Positions 1 to 10,590 of a stretch of DNA of 64,000 nt are shown in pieces. This DNA is from Balanoglossus misakiensis (lineage: Eukaryota > Animalia > Hemichordata). The notes below the pieces were generated by a model that ran no database searches, was not told the DNA's origin, and was given only the letters and a program-made list of their open reading frames with translations. Position 1 is the first letter of the stretch, and the number at the start of each line of letters is the position of its first letter. The position numbers and the translations under genes were made by a program. The stretch is taken from NCBI GenBank assembly GCA_040954595.2, contig CM082577.2, positions 15,321,903 to 15,385,902 on the forward strand. Reading direction: 5' to 3'.

Positions 1-132
1 CCCACGTGACCGCCTCGTGATACCCAAAGTAGTGTGTAATTTGTTCAACTTAAGATCAACTGAGACACAGATTCCTTTACTCTGAGAAACAAGCATGGTA
101 TATATTGGAACAAATTGACGCAATCTACTTAC

Positions 133-690
133 AATCCGTTCATTGCCACATTTAATTCCGGCAACTAGTCCTATGCCTGACACATTTGATGGTGTGGGAT
201 CGATTACTAGTCTGAGTCCAGATGTTAAGAGGTGCTCGCTGACGTCAACTCGTTTTTCGACCAATTTATCTAGCGTTATGTCGGCAAACAGTCTCTCGCT
301 AGATGTATCAATAAAATCTGCCACACCGAGGCACTCGCGTTCATAGGTTCCTTTTGCCAAGATGTCCATTAATATTCTGACTGGATTTCCTTCGCTAGAA
401 TCAATGTGCCTTGGAACCAGGTGGAGTTTATGGATACATACACCATGTACACCTTTCGATACACATTCTGAACACATGTACGTTTGAACGATCGACTTGA
501 CAAGGGGTTTCCCCCCCCATGACATGTCCAACAATTTATAGGACCAGTGTTCTCTGTTTGCCATAGATGAAGTAAATAAAACCGACACTGTTTTAGGCTG
601 AAAAATGGGCGCAGAAGTGATCAATGAATTATGTTTTACCCACGGAAACTCGTCCACCCAACCAAAACTACAACCGGCTCCTCTGGCAGC
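133..690 (-). CDS. Terminase large subunit (herpes UL15/UL89-like), internal exon with Walker B, motif III and start of the nuclease domain
   Basis: Manual translation: AARGAGCSFGWVDEFPWV..VLFTSS..YMCSEC..GVCIHKLHLVPRHID..TYERECLG..LVIDPTPSNVSGIG. This parallels herpes GIRGQ..VDEA..IFISS..YVC..LYVYLDPA..SGTG. Acceptor tatatttcag at 700-691, donor GTAAGT at 132-127, both phase 0 (186 codons). Confidence 0.85.
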
Positions 691-820
691 CTGAAATATA
701 TAATGATGAATATATATAAATATTAGTTAACAACGTTCACTTTTATGACGCTTAAGTGGGGTTGCTATACGTTTTAAACCCAGTGTAACAATGCATCCAT
801 CACATTAATACCACGTCGCA

Positions 821-1753
821 TTGACCTGTGCACAACGGTTTGATATGGAATTGGCTACGCGAACTGCTTTCCTGAGACAACACAACATAGGTGTATTTCA
901 CGTGGATATACAGCACAAGTGCACGGGCCAGTGTACAATGTTGAATCCATACGGCGTGGGGATGCATTACATATGTACGACTTCATTGAAATATCACAAC
1001 TGTGACGCAGACAGCGATCGGGACTGCCTGTTGGTTTGCACCGACGAAGGTCAAATTTGTAAACTGACCGGCCATGTCATACAAGGTAGCCAGGCGGCAA
1101 ATGTTTATGTTGGCCTTGATAAACCAATGTATCCACACCCTTCCACCAGTTACGATCACAGTCGAATATCTGTGATACACAAAGACCAGAAAATGGAACT
1201 TTTATGTCACACGCTCGCTAGCACTATCTCAAAGTTGTTTCATGCAGACAATCGACGAAAATACAACCAGCTCACGAGGGTTCATTCTCGCTGCATCAAC
1301 ACAGCGTGCGCAAGGATAAAATGCGATCTATTAGAAGGACGTATGTCTTTTCCACAAGCATTACATCACCATATAAACAGTGCCGTGTACATTTTACATC
1401 AATTATTTTTCCCATACTCGCTGTTATCTACACTGGAAGCTTACGAGAGAAAAGTTATTTCAATTGTGTTGTCACACGTGCAAGGGAATCATGGTCGTGG
1501 CGGGGACATTTCCATCCTTCTGGGAAATCCAGAAGCGACAGTATTGTACATTACGAAATGCGTGCTCGAAGGTTTTGGATGCGCAGGCTCCAATATATTT
1601 GACCCGATTTTCCGGTACATGGGACCGATGCCTTTGGATCGTCATTTGAAAGAAGTGTTTGATATAAATCCGCATAAGTTAACAAAGTGTTCCAAAATAC
1701 TACAGGTAGTAATGACAAAATCATCGTGCATCCGAGCATTAAACAACATGTAG
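821..1753 (+). CDS. UL92/ORF31-like Cys-rich late transcription factor (likely start ATG 845)
   Basis: YICTTSLKYHNCDADSDRDCLLVCTDEGQICKLTGHV matches the herpes UL92 pattern YxC..HxCD..CxLVxTxEGxxCxxTGxV. Confidence 0.65.
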   Translation: MTCAQRFDMELATRTAFLRQHNIGVFHVDIQHKCTGQCTMLNPYGVGMHYICTTSLKYHNCDADSDRDCLLVCTDEGQICKLTGHVIQGSQAANVYVGLDKPMYPHPSTSYDHSRISVIHKDQKMELLCHTLASTISKLFHADNRRKYNQLTRVHSRCINTACARIKCDLLEGRMSFPQALHHHINSAVYILHQLFFPYSLLSTLEAYERKVISIVLSHVQGNHGRGGDISILLGNPEATVLYITKCVLEGFGCAGSNIFDPIFRYMGPMPLDRHLKEVFDINPHKLTKCSKILQVVMTKSSCIRALNNM

Positions 1754-2262
1754 TCAATGCCATACCCTCATATAGTCGCACTGAATTTCAAGGTTGTATT
1801 TCAGAAGACGCGCTTTACTAGCAACTACGCATGCGCAACTATTATTGTCATTGTGATTTTGCTGATCCTAGAAGTAGTCAATGCCATACCCTCATATAGT
1901 CGCACTGAATGTCAAGGTTGTATTGCAGAAGACGCGCTTTACTAGCAACTACGCATGCGCAACTATTATTGTCATTGTGATTTTGCTGATCCTAGAAGTA
2001 GTCAATGCCATACCCTCATATAGTCGCACTGAATGTCAAGGTTGTATTTCAGAAGACGCGCTTTACTAGCAACTACGCATGCGCAACTATTATTGAAACT
2101 GACGCCGTGATTTCGCTGAGCCTAGAATTAGTCAATGCCATACCCTCATATAGTCGCACTGAATGTCAAGGTTGTATTTCAGAAGACGCGCTTTACTATC
2201 AACTACGCATGCGCAACTATTATTGACGATGACGCCGTGATTTTGCTGAGCCTACCCTTATA
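1751..2262. repeat. Tandem ~124-130 bp repeat, about 4 copies, upstream of the first IAP-like gene
   Basis: tagtcaatgccataccctcatatagtcgcactgaat recurs at 1751, 1875, 1999 and 2129. Confidence 0.95.
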
Positions 2263-2304
2263 TAGCGATGTTACCAACTCGCAGCCCGTCATATTGCTAT
2301 CGCC

Positions 2305-3201
2305 ATGGCATCGTCGGGTGGTTCTCCATACCCTAGTGAAGTTTATAAATCAACGAGTTCCCGAGAGTTAAGTATCAGAGAAAGTTTATTGTTCACTGAC
2401 AGCAGCTGTGTGGCCCTGGCTGAATCAAATCTGTACGTGAACACTGCTCGGCGTGTCCGATGTATTTGCTGCAAATTCAAACCTCGATACTGTTTTTCAC
2501 AAGCGCAAATAGGAGACTTGGTCTTCGAGCATTATGTGTTTAACCAATCCTGCTACAGCCATAATGAACACCGATATCCGAGAAGTGTACATGACAAAAT
2601 GGACGGGTTGGGTCGCCTGTTGGCATTGCGTGAACTAAGGTTTACATTCGTTGAACTGATACGCCATTTGCGACAACGCAGGCCAGACGATAGGTTCGAG
2701 GACCTTGTGTTCATGGCTATATACTGCATATCAGTAAACATTGTCGGTCCTGACGTTCATGTAAAAAGCATTTCTCTTTCTGCTATGAAGAACTATGCAC
2801 GTCGCCATAACTATTATGAGCCAATGCGCAGATCCTTGTCTAACTACTTACACAAGGCCTTCGTGCAAGTCGTTGGTGATTTTCCTTGGGCAAACGTCCA
2901 CCAACTATGTAGGGAAGCCTTTTCAAATCAAACGTTTATATTAGAATATTCCAGAACACGGGTTTCGTGCGACTTATGCCGTTTCAGCTTAGAACAGGTC
3001 CCATTACCACCGGATATCAAGGCCAAGTACATTTGTTGTAAAATATGTCTCGACAACCCCATCACGTTAATTGGTCAGTGCGGTCACCCAATGTGTGAGT
3101 CGTGTTATAATAAAATGGCGTCAGTAAGTCCTGGTGGACAGTGTCCGTTTATTTTCTGTCAACAATCATTAGATTCCTTTATTGCTATAAGATTCCCGTA
3201 A
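2305..3201 (+). CDS. IAP-like protein: N-terminal BIR-like CCHC domain plus C-terminal C3HC4 RING
   Basis: LAESNLY..VRCICC..EHYVFNQSC (BIR-like); CKICLDNP..CGHPMCESC..CPFIFC (RING). Confidence 0.7.
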   Translation: MASSGGSPYPSEVYKSTSSRELSIRESLLFTDSSCVALAESNLYVNTARRVRCICCKFKPRYCFSQAQIGDLVFEHYVFNQSCYSHNEHRYPRSVHDKMDGLGRLLALRELRFTFVELIRHLRQRRPDDRFEDLVFMAIYCISVNIVGPDVHVKSISLSAMKNYARRHNYYEPMRRSLSNYLHKAFVQVVGDFPWANVHQLCREAFSNQTFILEYSRTRVSCDLCRFSLEQVPLPPDIKAKYICCKICLDNPITLIGQCGHPMCESCYNKMASVSPGGQCPFIFCQQSLDSFIAIRFP

Positions 3202-3227
3202 AGTGTTATGGGTGTTGGCGGGACCTG

Positions 3228-3415
3228 AGCGAGTCGCACTGAATTTCAAGGTTGTAATTCAGAAGACGCGCTTTACTAGCAAACACGCATGCGCAACCAT
3301 TATTGACAATGACGCCGTGATTTTGCTGAGCCTATAAACAATCGTAGCTGATCGTCAATGCCATACCCTTATATAGCGATGTTACCAACTCGCAGCCCGT
3401 CATATTGCTATCGCC
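3228..3415. repeat. Further copy of the 124-bp repeat family plus the promoter shared by the two IAP-like genes
   Basis: agtcgcactgaatttcaaggttg..cgcatgcgcaac..gtcaatgccatacccttatatagcg matches 1751-2304. Confidence 0.9.
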
Positions 3416-4333
3416 ATGGCATCGTCGGGTGGTTCTCCATACCCTAGTGAAGTTTATAAATCAACGAGTTCCCGAGAGTTAAGTCTCAGAGAAAGTTTAT
3501 TGTTCACTGACAGCAGCTGTGTGGCCCTGGCTGAATCAAATCTGTACGTGGACACTGCTGGGCGTGTCCGATGTATTTGCTGCAAATTCAAACCTCGAGA
3601 CTGTTTTTCACAAGCGCGAATAGGAGCCTTGGTCTTCGAGCATTATGTGTTTAACCAATCCTGCTACAGCCGTAATGAACACCGATATCCGAGAAGTGTA
3701 CATGACAAAATGGAACATATTGGTTACATGTTGAAATTAGGGCGAGAGCGTGGACTAAGGTTTAAATTCATTAAACTGTTACGCCACTGCAGACAACTCA
3801 GGCCATCCTGTCCATTCCAGGAAATTGTGATTATGGCTATATACTGCATCTCAGTGCACATTGTCGGGCCTGCCGTTCGTGTAAATCACATTTCTCTTCC
3901 TGCTATGAAGAACTATGCACGTCGCCATATAGATGTTGGCAAAATGCACGGACCCTTGGTTGACTACTTACACAAGGCCTTCGTGCAAGTCGCTGGTTAT
4001 GATCCTTGGACAAACCCCCACGAACTATGTAGGGAAGCATTTAAAAATCAAAGGTTTTACTTTTGTGACGGAGGCTGTGCTCGGTGCGATGTATGCAATT
4101 TCATGTTAGAACATGTCGTACCACCAGCTGATATAGATGACAATTACATTTGTAAAATATGTTACCACAAACCCGTCACATTAGTTTCTAATTGCGGTCA
4201 CCCTATTTGTGATGGTTGTTATACTAGGGTGAGGTTTTCAGACATTCCAAATCTGTGTCCGTTCTGTCGACAACCATTGCACTCCTTTATAACTATAAAA
4301 TTTATGTGTTGTGTCGGTGTTTGCGGGACCTGA
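3416..4333 (+). CDS. IAP-like BIR-RING protein, tandem paralogue of 2305-3201
   Basis: First ~100 aa are nearly identical to the paralogue; RING CKICYHKP..CGHPICDGC..CPFC. Confidence 0.7.
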   Translation: MASSGGSPYPSEVYKSTSSRELSLRESLLFTDSSCVALAESNLYVDTAGRVRCICCKFKPRDCFSQARIGALVFEHYVFNQSCYSRNEHRYPRSVHDKMEHIGYMLKLGRERGLRFKFIKLLRHCRQLRPSCPFQEIVIMAIYCISVHIVGPAVRVNHISLPAMKNYARRHIDVGKMHGPLVDYLHKAFVQVAGYDPWTNPHELCREAFKNQRFYFCDGGCARCDVCNFMLEHVVPPADIDDNYICKICYHKPVTLVSNCGHPICDGCYTRVRFSDIPNLCPFCRQPLHSFITIKFMCCVGVCGT

Positions 4334-4334
4334 G

Positions 4335-4441
4335 CGAGTCGCACTGAATTTCAAGGTTGTATTCCAGAATACACGATTTACTAGCAATTAAGCCTACGCA
4401 ACTATTCTTTATTATGACGCTGTGATTTTGCTGAGTCTAGA
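4335..4441. repeat. Degenerate copy of the 124-bp repeat family
   Basis: gagtcgcactgaatttcaaggttgtatt..gtgattttgctgagtctag. Confidence 0.85.
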
Positions 4442-4934
4442 AAGAACTGATGTTGACTTTTGAGTAACTCATTTAGAACAGACCGAGTAGGGCGCATTCG
4501 AAACTCGTCTTGAAAATACAATGTGAATTCATGCAGTGCTTATGTCGGTGAATAAAATAATCGTTGGTTGTATTCACAAAGTGTGTTCGGCTGTCTTTCT
4601 TCCCTTTACCCCGATGAGTGACCACTTGAATAAATGACTGTACGAAAAAATGTATTGAGTACGAATAGTCATCGAATCCAGAGTTTTTCGGTACCAGTTC
4701 GTGTATATAATTTCCTGTCAAACGAAGGTATTCGAGACCCATGCAACTGGGGGCGCTACATAATCGGGGTTTTGCCTACGGTGGTCGGGCTCCGGCCAGC
4801 GCCATCACCCTGTAATGGTCATTCCGCTCGCTTGCGTTCTGACTGTAAAGTAATGACCAGCTTTCAACTCCTACAGTTAGTCTGAATTCATTTACTGTAT
4901 ACATTGCTCTTATTTATGTGTGTGGCAATAAATT

Positions 4935-7019
4935 ATGAGTGCCATGGATGAAAATGTACAGCTCGTGGTTGGGAGAAACGTGTACAGTTTCTTTACCCAC
5001 AAAGTTTGCCAGTCTATTCCTTACATAGAAAGTATGATGCAGTTTGAGCGCATGCGGTCGAGTTATAACGGCGTCTTGCAACTCAGCAATTCAAACATTC
5101 CAGACACACACTGGCACTTATTTCTCGGTTTTTTAAATTTAGGTAGAATACCACCTCTTGTTCGATACACAGATGTTAATGGCGGCGCAGCTACTTTCGC
5201 CATAGAAGAACACAATCTGGCGGAAGTTGCAGTAACAGCGGACTTCTTGCTCATGACGTCATTTACTCGGGCCCTCTCCCAGTTAATATTAGAAAGGTCC
5301 ACGCTCTTTTCTGGTAATTGCGTTCAGTCTATGCACAATCTATTTATATTTTTCGATCAGATCAGTCGAAAAATACCGCACGAAAACGACTTGATAGACA
5401 CTGCGGCTGCATTGTGTGCTCAAGTCACGGCAAATTTTCGGGGCGTTTCTGTCGGAAGGTTATGGTGTTTAGACACGTTAAGGCGATTTGTATTACGCAG
5501 GAATAGATTTATGGGGACCGAGAGAGACATATACACCACCGTGTATTGTTGGTTTGAACATTACAGACGTGAATTTGAGGCGAATAGCAACCCGTTATCG
5601 TTTATCGAAATATTGTTGGCCATATGGCCCAACACTCCCATCCTCCAGTCGGAGATATATGACTTGGCATTTGGTATTATTATGAGATATCTTGGGCAAG
5701 AGAACGGCTTAACGAAATACATAGATAACATATCTCATGAATTGTCTGATCGGGAACTCTTTGGTATAAACATACAACCATCCGACATTCACCATCGTAT
5801 CGTGGAAGCACATGCAAAAACTATTCTTGATTCCATTAAAGCTACTTGGCGAAAAAACTACAAGCAACCTATAGATTGTACATATTCATATTTATTGATG
5901 GATCGAGATAAACTTCAATCTTACAATATGTACACAAATAACTGGTCGGATCTGCCCAATACGGATATGTTCTACAATAGTATATTTCCACCACCATCAT
6001 CAAAATGTAGGCTATATGACGTCATGGTTGTCAGTGAAAGAAATAGTGTGTTTTGTCTGTTTAGACAAGATAACTTTTTGGTTCTTATTGTGAACCATAT
6101 TGGGGATAACGATAGCCTTGTTTTGGGAGAATGTGGCTGGAAAGTTGTGTTCAATATAGCATTACAGCTAGGGGGGCTACCGTTGAATCCGCGTGGGTTT
6201 TACCAAATGTGCAACTTCGAGGAGTTTCTCATCATGAAAGATTCTACATCTCCGCATATAACGTGTGTTCACAGAGAAGGGCCGTGGAAAACGTTCAGGG
6301 ATTGCAATGTACTGTTTTCAACGACGTACATCAGTGTCAAACCTGAATGGGAAATAAGAGACAAAACAATATGTCCAGTGTATTCAGGCGAGAACCATCA
6401 TAAGTTGTTTTGCGACATCTATGTTGTTGGCCCGGCATCCGAGTTATCCTTGTGCGTGTTAACGGTGGAGATCGATAAAATATGCTGCAAAACACACATA
6501 GAATACGACCTTGTTGAGCAGAGGGTGCTTTTTGGTATGAAGTTAGAACGTTCAATAGCCACCCCCGACCTTGAAGAAGGGAATTACATGCCTTCACTGT
6601 TCTTCTTATCAGCAATAGGGCTGGTGTGTTTGGGTAGGTTGAATATATCACACGACCGACAAGGACAGTATATGTTGATAAACATTCAGTGTTACAAGTA
6701 CATCAAACACGACCAGTGTTGGGAACGCATTGATTTGTCGCATGGGTCATTCCAAACAGATGCATCTTGGGAAAGTGTTAGTCTGGAGTATAGTACACAG
6801 TCGCACGCGCTACCTCTCAAGGGTCATCTTGACGGGCCTCACACGTTGGTATTGTATGACGGGGACCGTCAAGAGAACCACGTAAAGCATTTATTTTCTC
6901 GAATGAACGTCGTAATAGATTTGTCAATACAAAATATAGAGGTTCGACCGCTATGTTCAGGTAGGATTACTTGTCCGTGTTCTCAGCATGGTAACCGAGA
7001 CGGCAAAATATCTATGTAA
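4935..7019 (+). CDS. BTB-BACK-Kelch-like protein (Cul3 adaptor-like)
   Basis: BTB-like VQLVVG..THKV..SIPYIESM..ADFLLM; BACK-like ERDIYTTVYCWFEH; kelch-like SYNMYTNNWSDLP. Confidence 0.65.
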   Translation: MSAMDENVQLVVGRNVYSFFTHKVCQSIPYIESMMQFERMRSSYNGVLQLSNSNIPDTHWHLFLGFLNLGRIPPLVRYTDVNGGAATFAIEEHNLAEVAVTADFLLMTSFTRALSQLILERSTLFSGNCVQSMHNLFIFFDQISRKIPHENDLIDTAAALCAQVTANFRGVSVGRLWCLDTLRRFVLRRNRFMGTERDIYTTVYCWFEHYRREFEANSNPLSFIEILLAIWPNTPILQSEIYDLAFGIIMRYLGQENGLTKYIDNISHELSDRELFGINIQPSDIHHRIVEAHAKTILDSIKATWRKNYKQPIDCTYSYLLMDRDKLQSYNMYTNNWSDLPNTDMFYNSIFPPPSSKCRLYDVMVVSERNSVFCLFRQDNFLVLIVNHIGDNDSLVLGECGWKVVFNIALQLGGLPLNPRGFYQMCNFEEFLIMKDSTSPHITCVHREGPWKTFRDCNVLFSTTYISVKPEWEIRDKTICPVYSGENHHKLFCDIYVVGPASELSLCVLTVEIDKICCKTHIEYDLVEQRVLFGMKLERSIATPDLEEGNYMPSLFFLSAIGLVCLGRLNISHDRQGQYMLINIQCYKYIKHDQCWERIDLSHGSFQTDASWESVSLEYSTQSHALPLKGHLDGPHTLVLYDGDRQENHVKHLFSRMNVVIDLSIQNIEVRPLCSGRITCPCSQHGNRDGKISM

Positions 7020-7070
7020 CGCGGTGTAAGAAGAAAAGGTTGACTGGTTCTCCACACTGTATATAATACA

Positions 7071-8801
7071 GTGTGTTCAAGTCAGACGTTCAGTCGTTTT
7101 CTATCGCTGAACCAAGAACTGTGTACGATGGCTAATATACTGAAATACTCGAGTCGACTTGCGTTTGATCCCATAACCCCGGAATTGTTAAACATATTCG
7201 CGGACAATGATATTAAATGTCCAAACGTCTGTTCCAGAGAGTATAACTCCAGAAGTTTATCGTATCTCCTGTGTAAGACGGGATCTCAAGCGTTCCCAAA
7301 TTACGATATAAGTAAATTCAAACTTATCGATTCCAAAGCTATCCTGAGTGGCGACGTGGACATCTTTTTATCTGAACTGGTTCACACGCCATTCTTTGCT
7401 AGCATTGCTATGCGTATAATAGCAGAGGTTACCGGAAGAGCCTATAACAAATACGATCCAATGGTGAAAGACGACAGACAGTGGGTAATGAAAGCTATAG
7501 AAGAAACTGATTGCAACCAACCAAATGACATTTTCAACTTGACTGGACTACGTCTCGAAAAGAAGAAACTCAAAAAAGACAAGGCTGACACTGGTTCGAA
7601 CAAGTTTTCACATTATGATGTTGTTTTCCAATTTGGTGACAGCGCAAAAGTAGTAACACTACCAGGAGATTGTGATGATAACATTGTAGATTGTTTTGAT
7701 GCGACTGACAAAATTGTGGCGCGTCCTGCCTTACAGACGACAGAATTGAAGACGGGCACACAGCTAGTCGGATATTCCAACGTTTCGTTTAAGGGTAACT
7801 TTTGTATCACAGACGAAGAATTGGATACTGTCAAAGGGCAGATGAAATCACGTGGTGGTTCCTTGATAGGTGCAAACCATCTACGACAGATTGATAGTGC
7901 CCGCTATATAATAGGGCTGTCATGTCGTTTTGGCGAATATGGAAACATGAAATTTCTGAAACTTCAGTTAGTCTATCTGATCGTTCAGTGTAGATATTTA
8001 TATCTCTGCATGATTGAAGACAAAGACAACCCTCTCTATTCAGAAGTCAGACTGAGAGATGATGTTGACTTGAACACTTTCAGTTCGTTGTTTACGCAAG
8101 AACTACGGAAACTTTTTTACGGAGAAAACGACAACATAGGCCGTAAACTCAAATTGGCTGATGATATGCCCACATCAATATACAACAAACACCTTGCTTC
8201 AGTCACCATGAGATCTTTTTATGAAGTCGGTCTCGAACAAAGAAACGGGAATCTGTTGGCGAAAGAAGCTATAAACACCAGTGCCGACGTTCAAAGTCAG
8301 GTTGCAGCGTTTTCCGATGTATTACGGCGTTCTAAGAGAGAATATAAACCTCTGCATATAGTCTACCACCCAGCTGTTGTACCAATGAACCGCGATAAAA
8401 GTAGCATAAGGGTTCCGCAGAATGTGAGGATTTACATAAGTGACTCGAAACGCGAGTCCAATGACCCGCCAGATGCCATGAATGCCGCCCTCAAAATAAT
8501 CTGTTACGGCAGTAAAGAGATAAAAAAAAACGTGGTGATGTCGTCGTTGTTAGACTCTGTCCAAGTTGTGCCATGGAAAGCTGTCTTTGAGAAAGATACT
8601 TCTTTGCAACAATCTACCGAATTAGACCAATCTAGTCTTGCACTCGCTGTCCAGAATATCGTTTGCCATTTGAATAGCAGTGAAGAAGAAGCGTGTGAAA
8701 TGCTAGCCATCCCATGGGCCGATTATCTGGCGTCTAAAAACGAACAGTTGGCTATCTGTGCCGAGCCCGACGCCAAACGCATGCGAATTACAAGTAATTA
8801 G
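7071..8801 (+). CDS. Hypothetical protein, C-terminal NLS-like PDAKRMR (likely start ATG 7128)
   Basis: 576-codon ORF, TATATAA at ~7061, AATAAA downstream; no family recognised. Confidence 0.75.
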   Translation: MCSSQTFSRFLSLNQELCTMANILKYSSRLAFDPITPELLNIFADNDIKCPNVCSREYNSRSLSYLLCKTGSQAFPNYDISKFKLIDSKAILSGDVDIFLSELVHTPFFASIAMRIIAEVTGRAYNKYDPMVKDDRQWVMKAIEETDCNQPNDIFNLTGLRLEKKKLKKDKADTGSNKFSHYDVVFQFGDSAKVVTLPGDCDDNIVDCFDATDKIVARPALQTTELKTGTQLVGYSNVSFKGNFCITDEELDTVKGQMKSRGGSLIGANHLRQIDSARYIIGLSCRFGEYGNMKFLKLQLVYLIVQCRYLYLCMIEDKDNPLYSEVRLRDDVDLNTFSSLFTQELRKLFYGENDNIGRKLKLADDMPTSIYNKHLASVTMRSFYEVGLEQRNGNLLAKEAINTSADVQSQVAAFSDVLRRSKREYKPLHIVYHPAVVPMNRDKSSIRVPQNVRIYISDSKRESNDPPDAMNAALKIICYGSKEIKKNVVMSSLLDSVQVVPWKAVFEKDTSLQQSTELDQSSLALAVQNIVCHLNSSEEEACEMLAIPWADYLASKNEQLAICAEPDAKRMRITSN

Positions 8802-8998
8802 CCCGTACACAGTTGATTGACGAACATTTTTTAGTTATAATTATATGTGTTAGTTGAATAAAATATATGCTAATATTTAACGGAGATCGAACATTGACTA
8901 TTCAGTTATAGTTGAAATAGAACTGAATACCCGTTTTCTTTAATTTTAACATTGCCGATCGTTAGGAATAGACTCATAGATTGCAATAAACTATCTTG

Positions 8999-9667
8999 TT
9001 ACACTAAATGTTTAGTCGACCCTGGTAGATTATTATATTTCGGGTTGCTAGTCTCATTCAAAGTCCACACTAGCATATCGGTTACAGTTGACGCAGAACA
9101 GTTCGCCATCAGATTGACATCCACGAATTTATCCACGTTTAGAACCACCCAGCAGGCACGAAGCAAAGGTTCTAGAGATGTACAGACAGCAATGTGAATT
9201 AGTTCATCCGAATTTTGGCTATGACTAGTTAAGAAATTATCCAATGAGCCATATTTCAGCCACTTGTTCGCGCTCATATTATGCCAAAGCGCAACTCTGT
9301 CCGGCAAGGCCCTCAAACACGACAGTTTATTTGTTTGAACACCGGACCACATACAAACGCCATCGTCGCAATAGTCCAATTTTTTCCTTTTGGAAGGTAC
9401 AGGTATATGCGCTGAAGTCTTTGGGACAAACACGTGCGTTTCCATCAATTGAAATAATTCTTGGCTAGACATAGTACCGGCGAACCATCTCAGATGTACG
9501 TCTTGAGCCTGCATTGCCCAGTAGTCGTCGAATTCATCCTTTGCGGTCATATATCGGATGACGATATCATCGCTAACCTTTCCCTCATTACAATTAGATT
9601 GAAATAGTGTATCGTGCAAATAGGCGTCTCTGAGGACAATGTATTCATCGAACGATGTCGCACTCAT
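8999..9667 (-). CDS. Hypothetical protein with NLS-like PSKRKK
   Basis: 222-aa ORF with TATATAA about 45 nt upstream. Confidence 0.7.
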   Translation of the reverse strand: MSATSFDEYIVLRDAYLHDTLFQSNCNEGKVSDDIVIRYMTAKDEFDDYWAMQAQDVHLRWFAGTMSSQELFQLMETHVFVPKTSAHIPVPSKRKKLDYCDDGVCMWSGVQTNKLSCLRALPDRVALWHNMSANKWLKYGSLDNFLTSHSQNSDELIHIAVCTSLEPLLRACWVVLNVDKFVDVNLMANCSASTVTDMLVWTLNETSNPKYNNLPGSTKHLV

Positions 9668-9798
9668 GCCTTATACACGCCGAACTACATGACATAAATG
9701 AGCCCCCACTATTATATACTGCAATTTTGTTTATTTCATAATTCATTTGTAATTATACAGAGATGTTAGACGATGTGAAGAAACAAAAACAATTGTGA

Positions 9799-10380
9799 CT
9801 AGTAGGCATCAACCAAGCATGGATTGAGTAGCTTCCTCATAAGTTGTCCAGTGAACTCTTCGTGGATGATCAAGCACGGAAGTCGATAGTCGTGGCAGAT
9901 TTCTAGGAATGTGGACTGGAACTTCTTGTGCACATCGGCTAATTTGTCAAGCGCTCTTATTTCATAGGGTCGACCACGGCTGACAATGTTTTTCTTACAA
10001 TAATCCCAAGCCATATCTTTGAACACAATTATGAATTTATCTAGGTGTCCAAAGGCAGCCCGTATCATATCTTTCTCTGTCAGTTGTAAGTTGTATGTTT
10101 GCCTGATTCGCGAAAATGTCAAGTGTTGAATTATACTAGAGTCACAGATTCGCCCCTTCGACATTCGCCCTTCCGAGTTCCACTGCAAATCGAGGGTGTG
10201 TTGGATGAATTGTCGTTGAAAATCACCCGGGTCAATTTCACCAGCATAGAAATCGGAAATTTTGGTCGAAAAAGATTCAGTAAATTCGGGTACACACTCA
10301 TATTCCAGCTCTCTGGCGACATAAAATGCATCGTGAGATTTACCGCAACCGATTGGGCCGTTAAGGAATATGGTGGCCAT
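9799..10380 (-). CDS. Deoxynucleoside kinase (dNK family)
   Basis: P-loop GPIGCGKS, VPE, FQRQF, lid RGRPYE. The usual D/ERS motif reads DSS. Confidence 0.85.
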   Translation of the reverse strand: MATIFLNGPIGCGKSHDAFYVARELEYECVPEFTESFSTKISDFYAGEIDPGDFQRQFIQHTLDLQWNSEGRMSKGRICDSSIIQHLTFSRIRQTYNLQLTEKDMIRAAFGHLDKFIIVFKDMAWDYCKKNIVSRGRPYEIRALDKLADVHKKFQSTFLEICHDYRLPCLIIHEEFTGQLMRKLLNPCLVDAY

Positions 10381-10590
10381 CCAATGAGTTTACTACAGTT
10401 TGTGTCGGGTCTATTTATACCATTCGTTACGACTACGATGATCAGAACCAAACGCTTCCGATAATGATTTGTTGCATGTGGATCAACTAGGGGATGTCGC
10501 ATGTTGTCCGTGTTCCGGAGTGTGAGAGCAACCACTATCCAAATTTAATAAAGATTTGTTTCGCAACAGCCTCTCAGTATTACGGAGATC

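Noticed and set aside
143-346. Plus-strand 67-aa ORF
   Set aside because: Antisense shadow of the terminase exon.
1751-2262. CRISPR-like array and the short MPYPH.. ORFs
   Set aside because: Units are whole-length duplicates with no unique spacers; the ORFs are by-products of the repeat.
4473-4885. Short ORFs as the missing terminase Walker A exon (HRGKGK)
   Set aside because: No PRRxGK[ST] context or other terminase similarity; coding status unclear.
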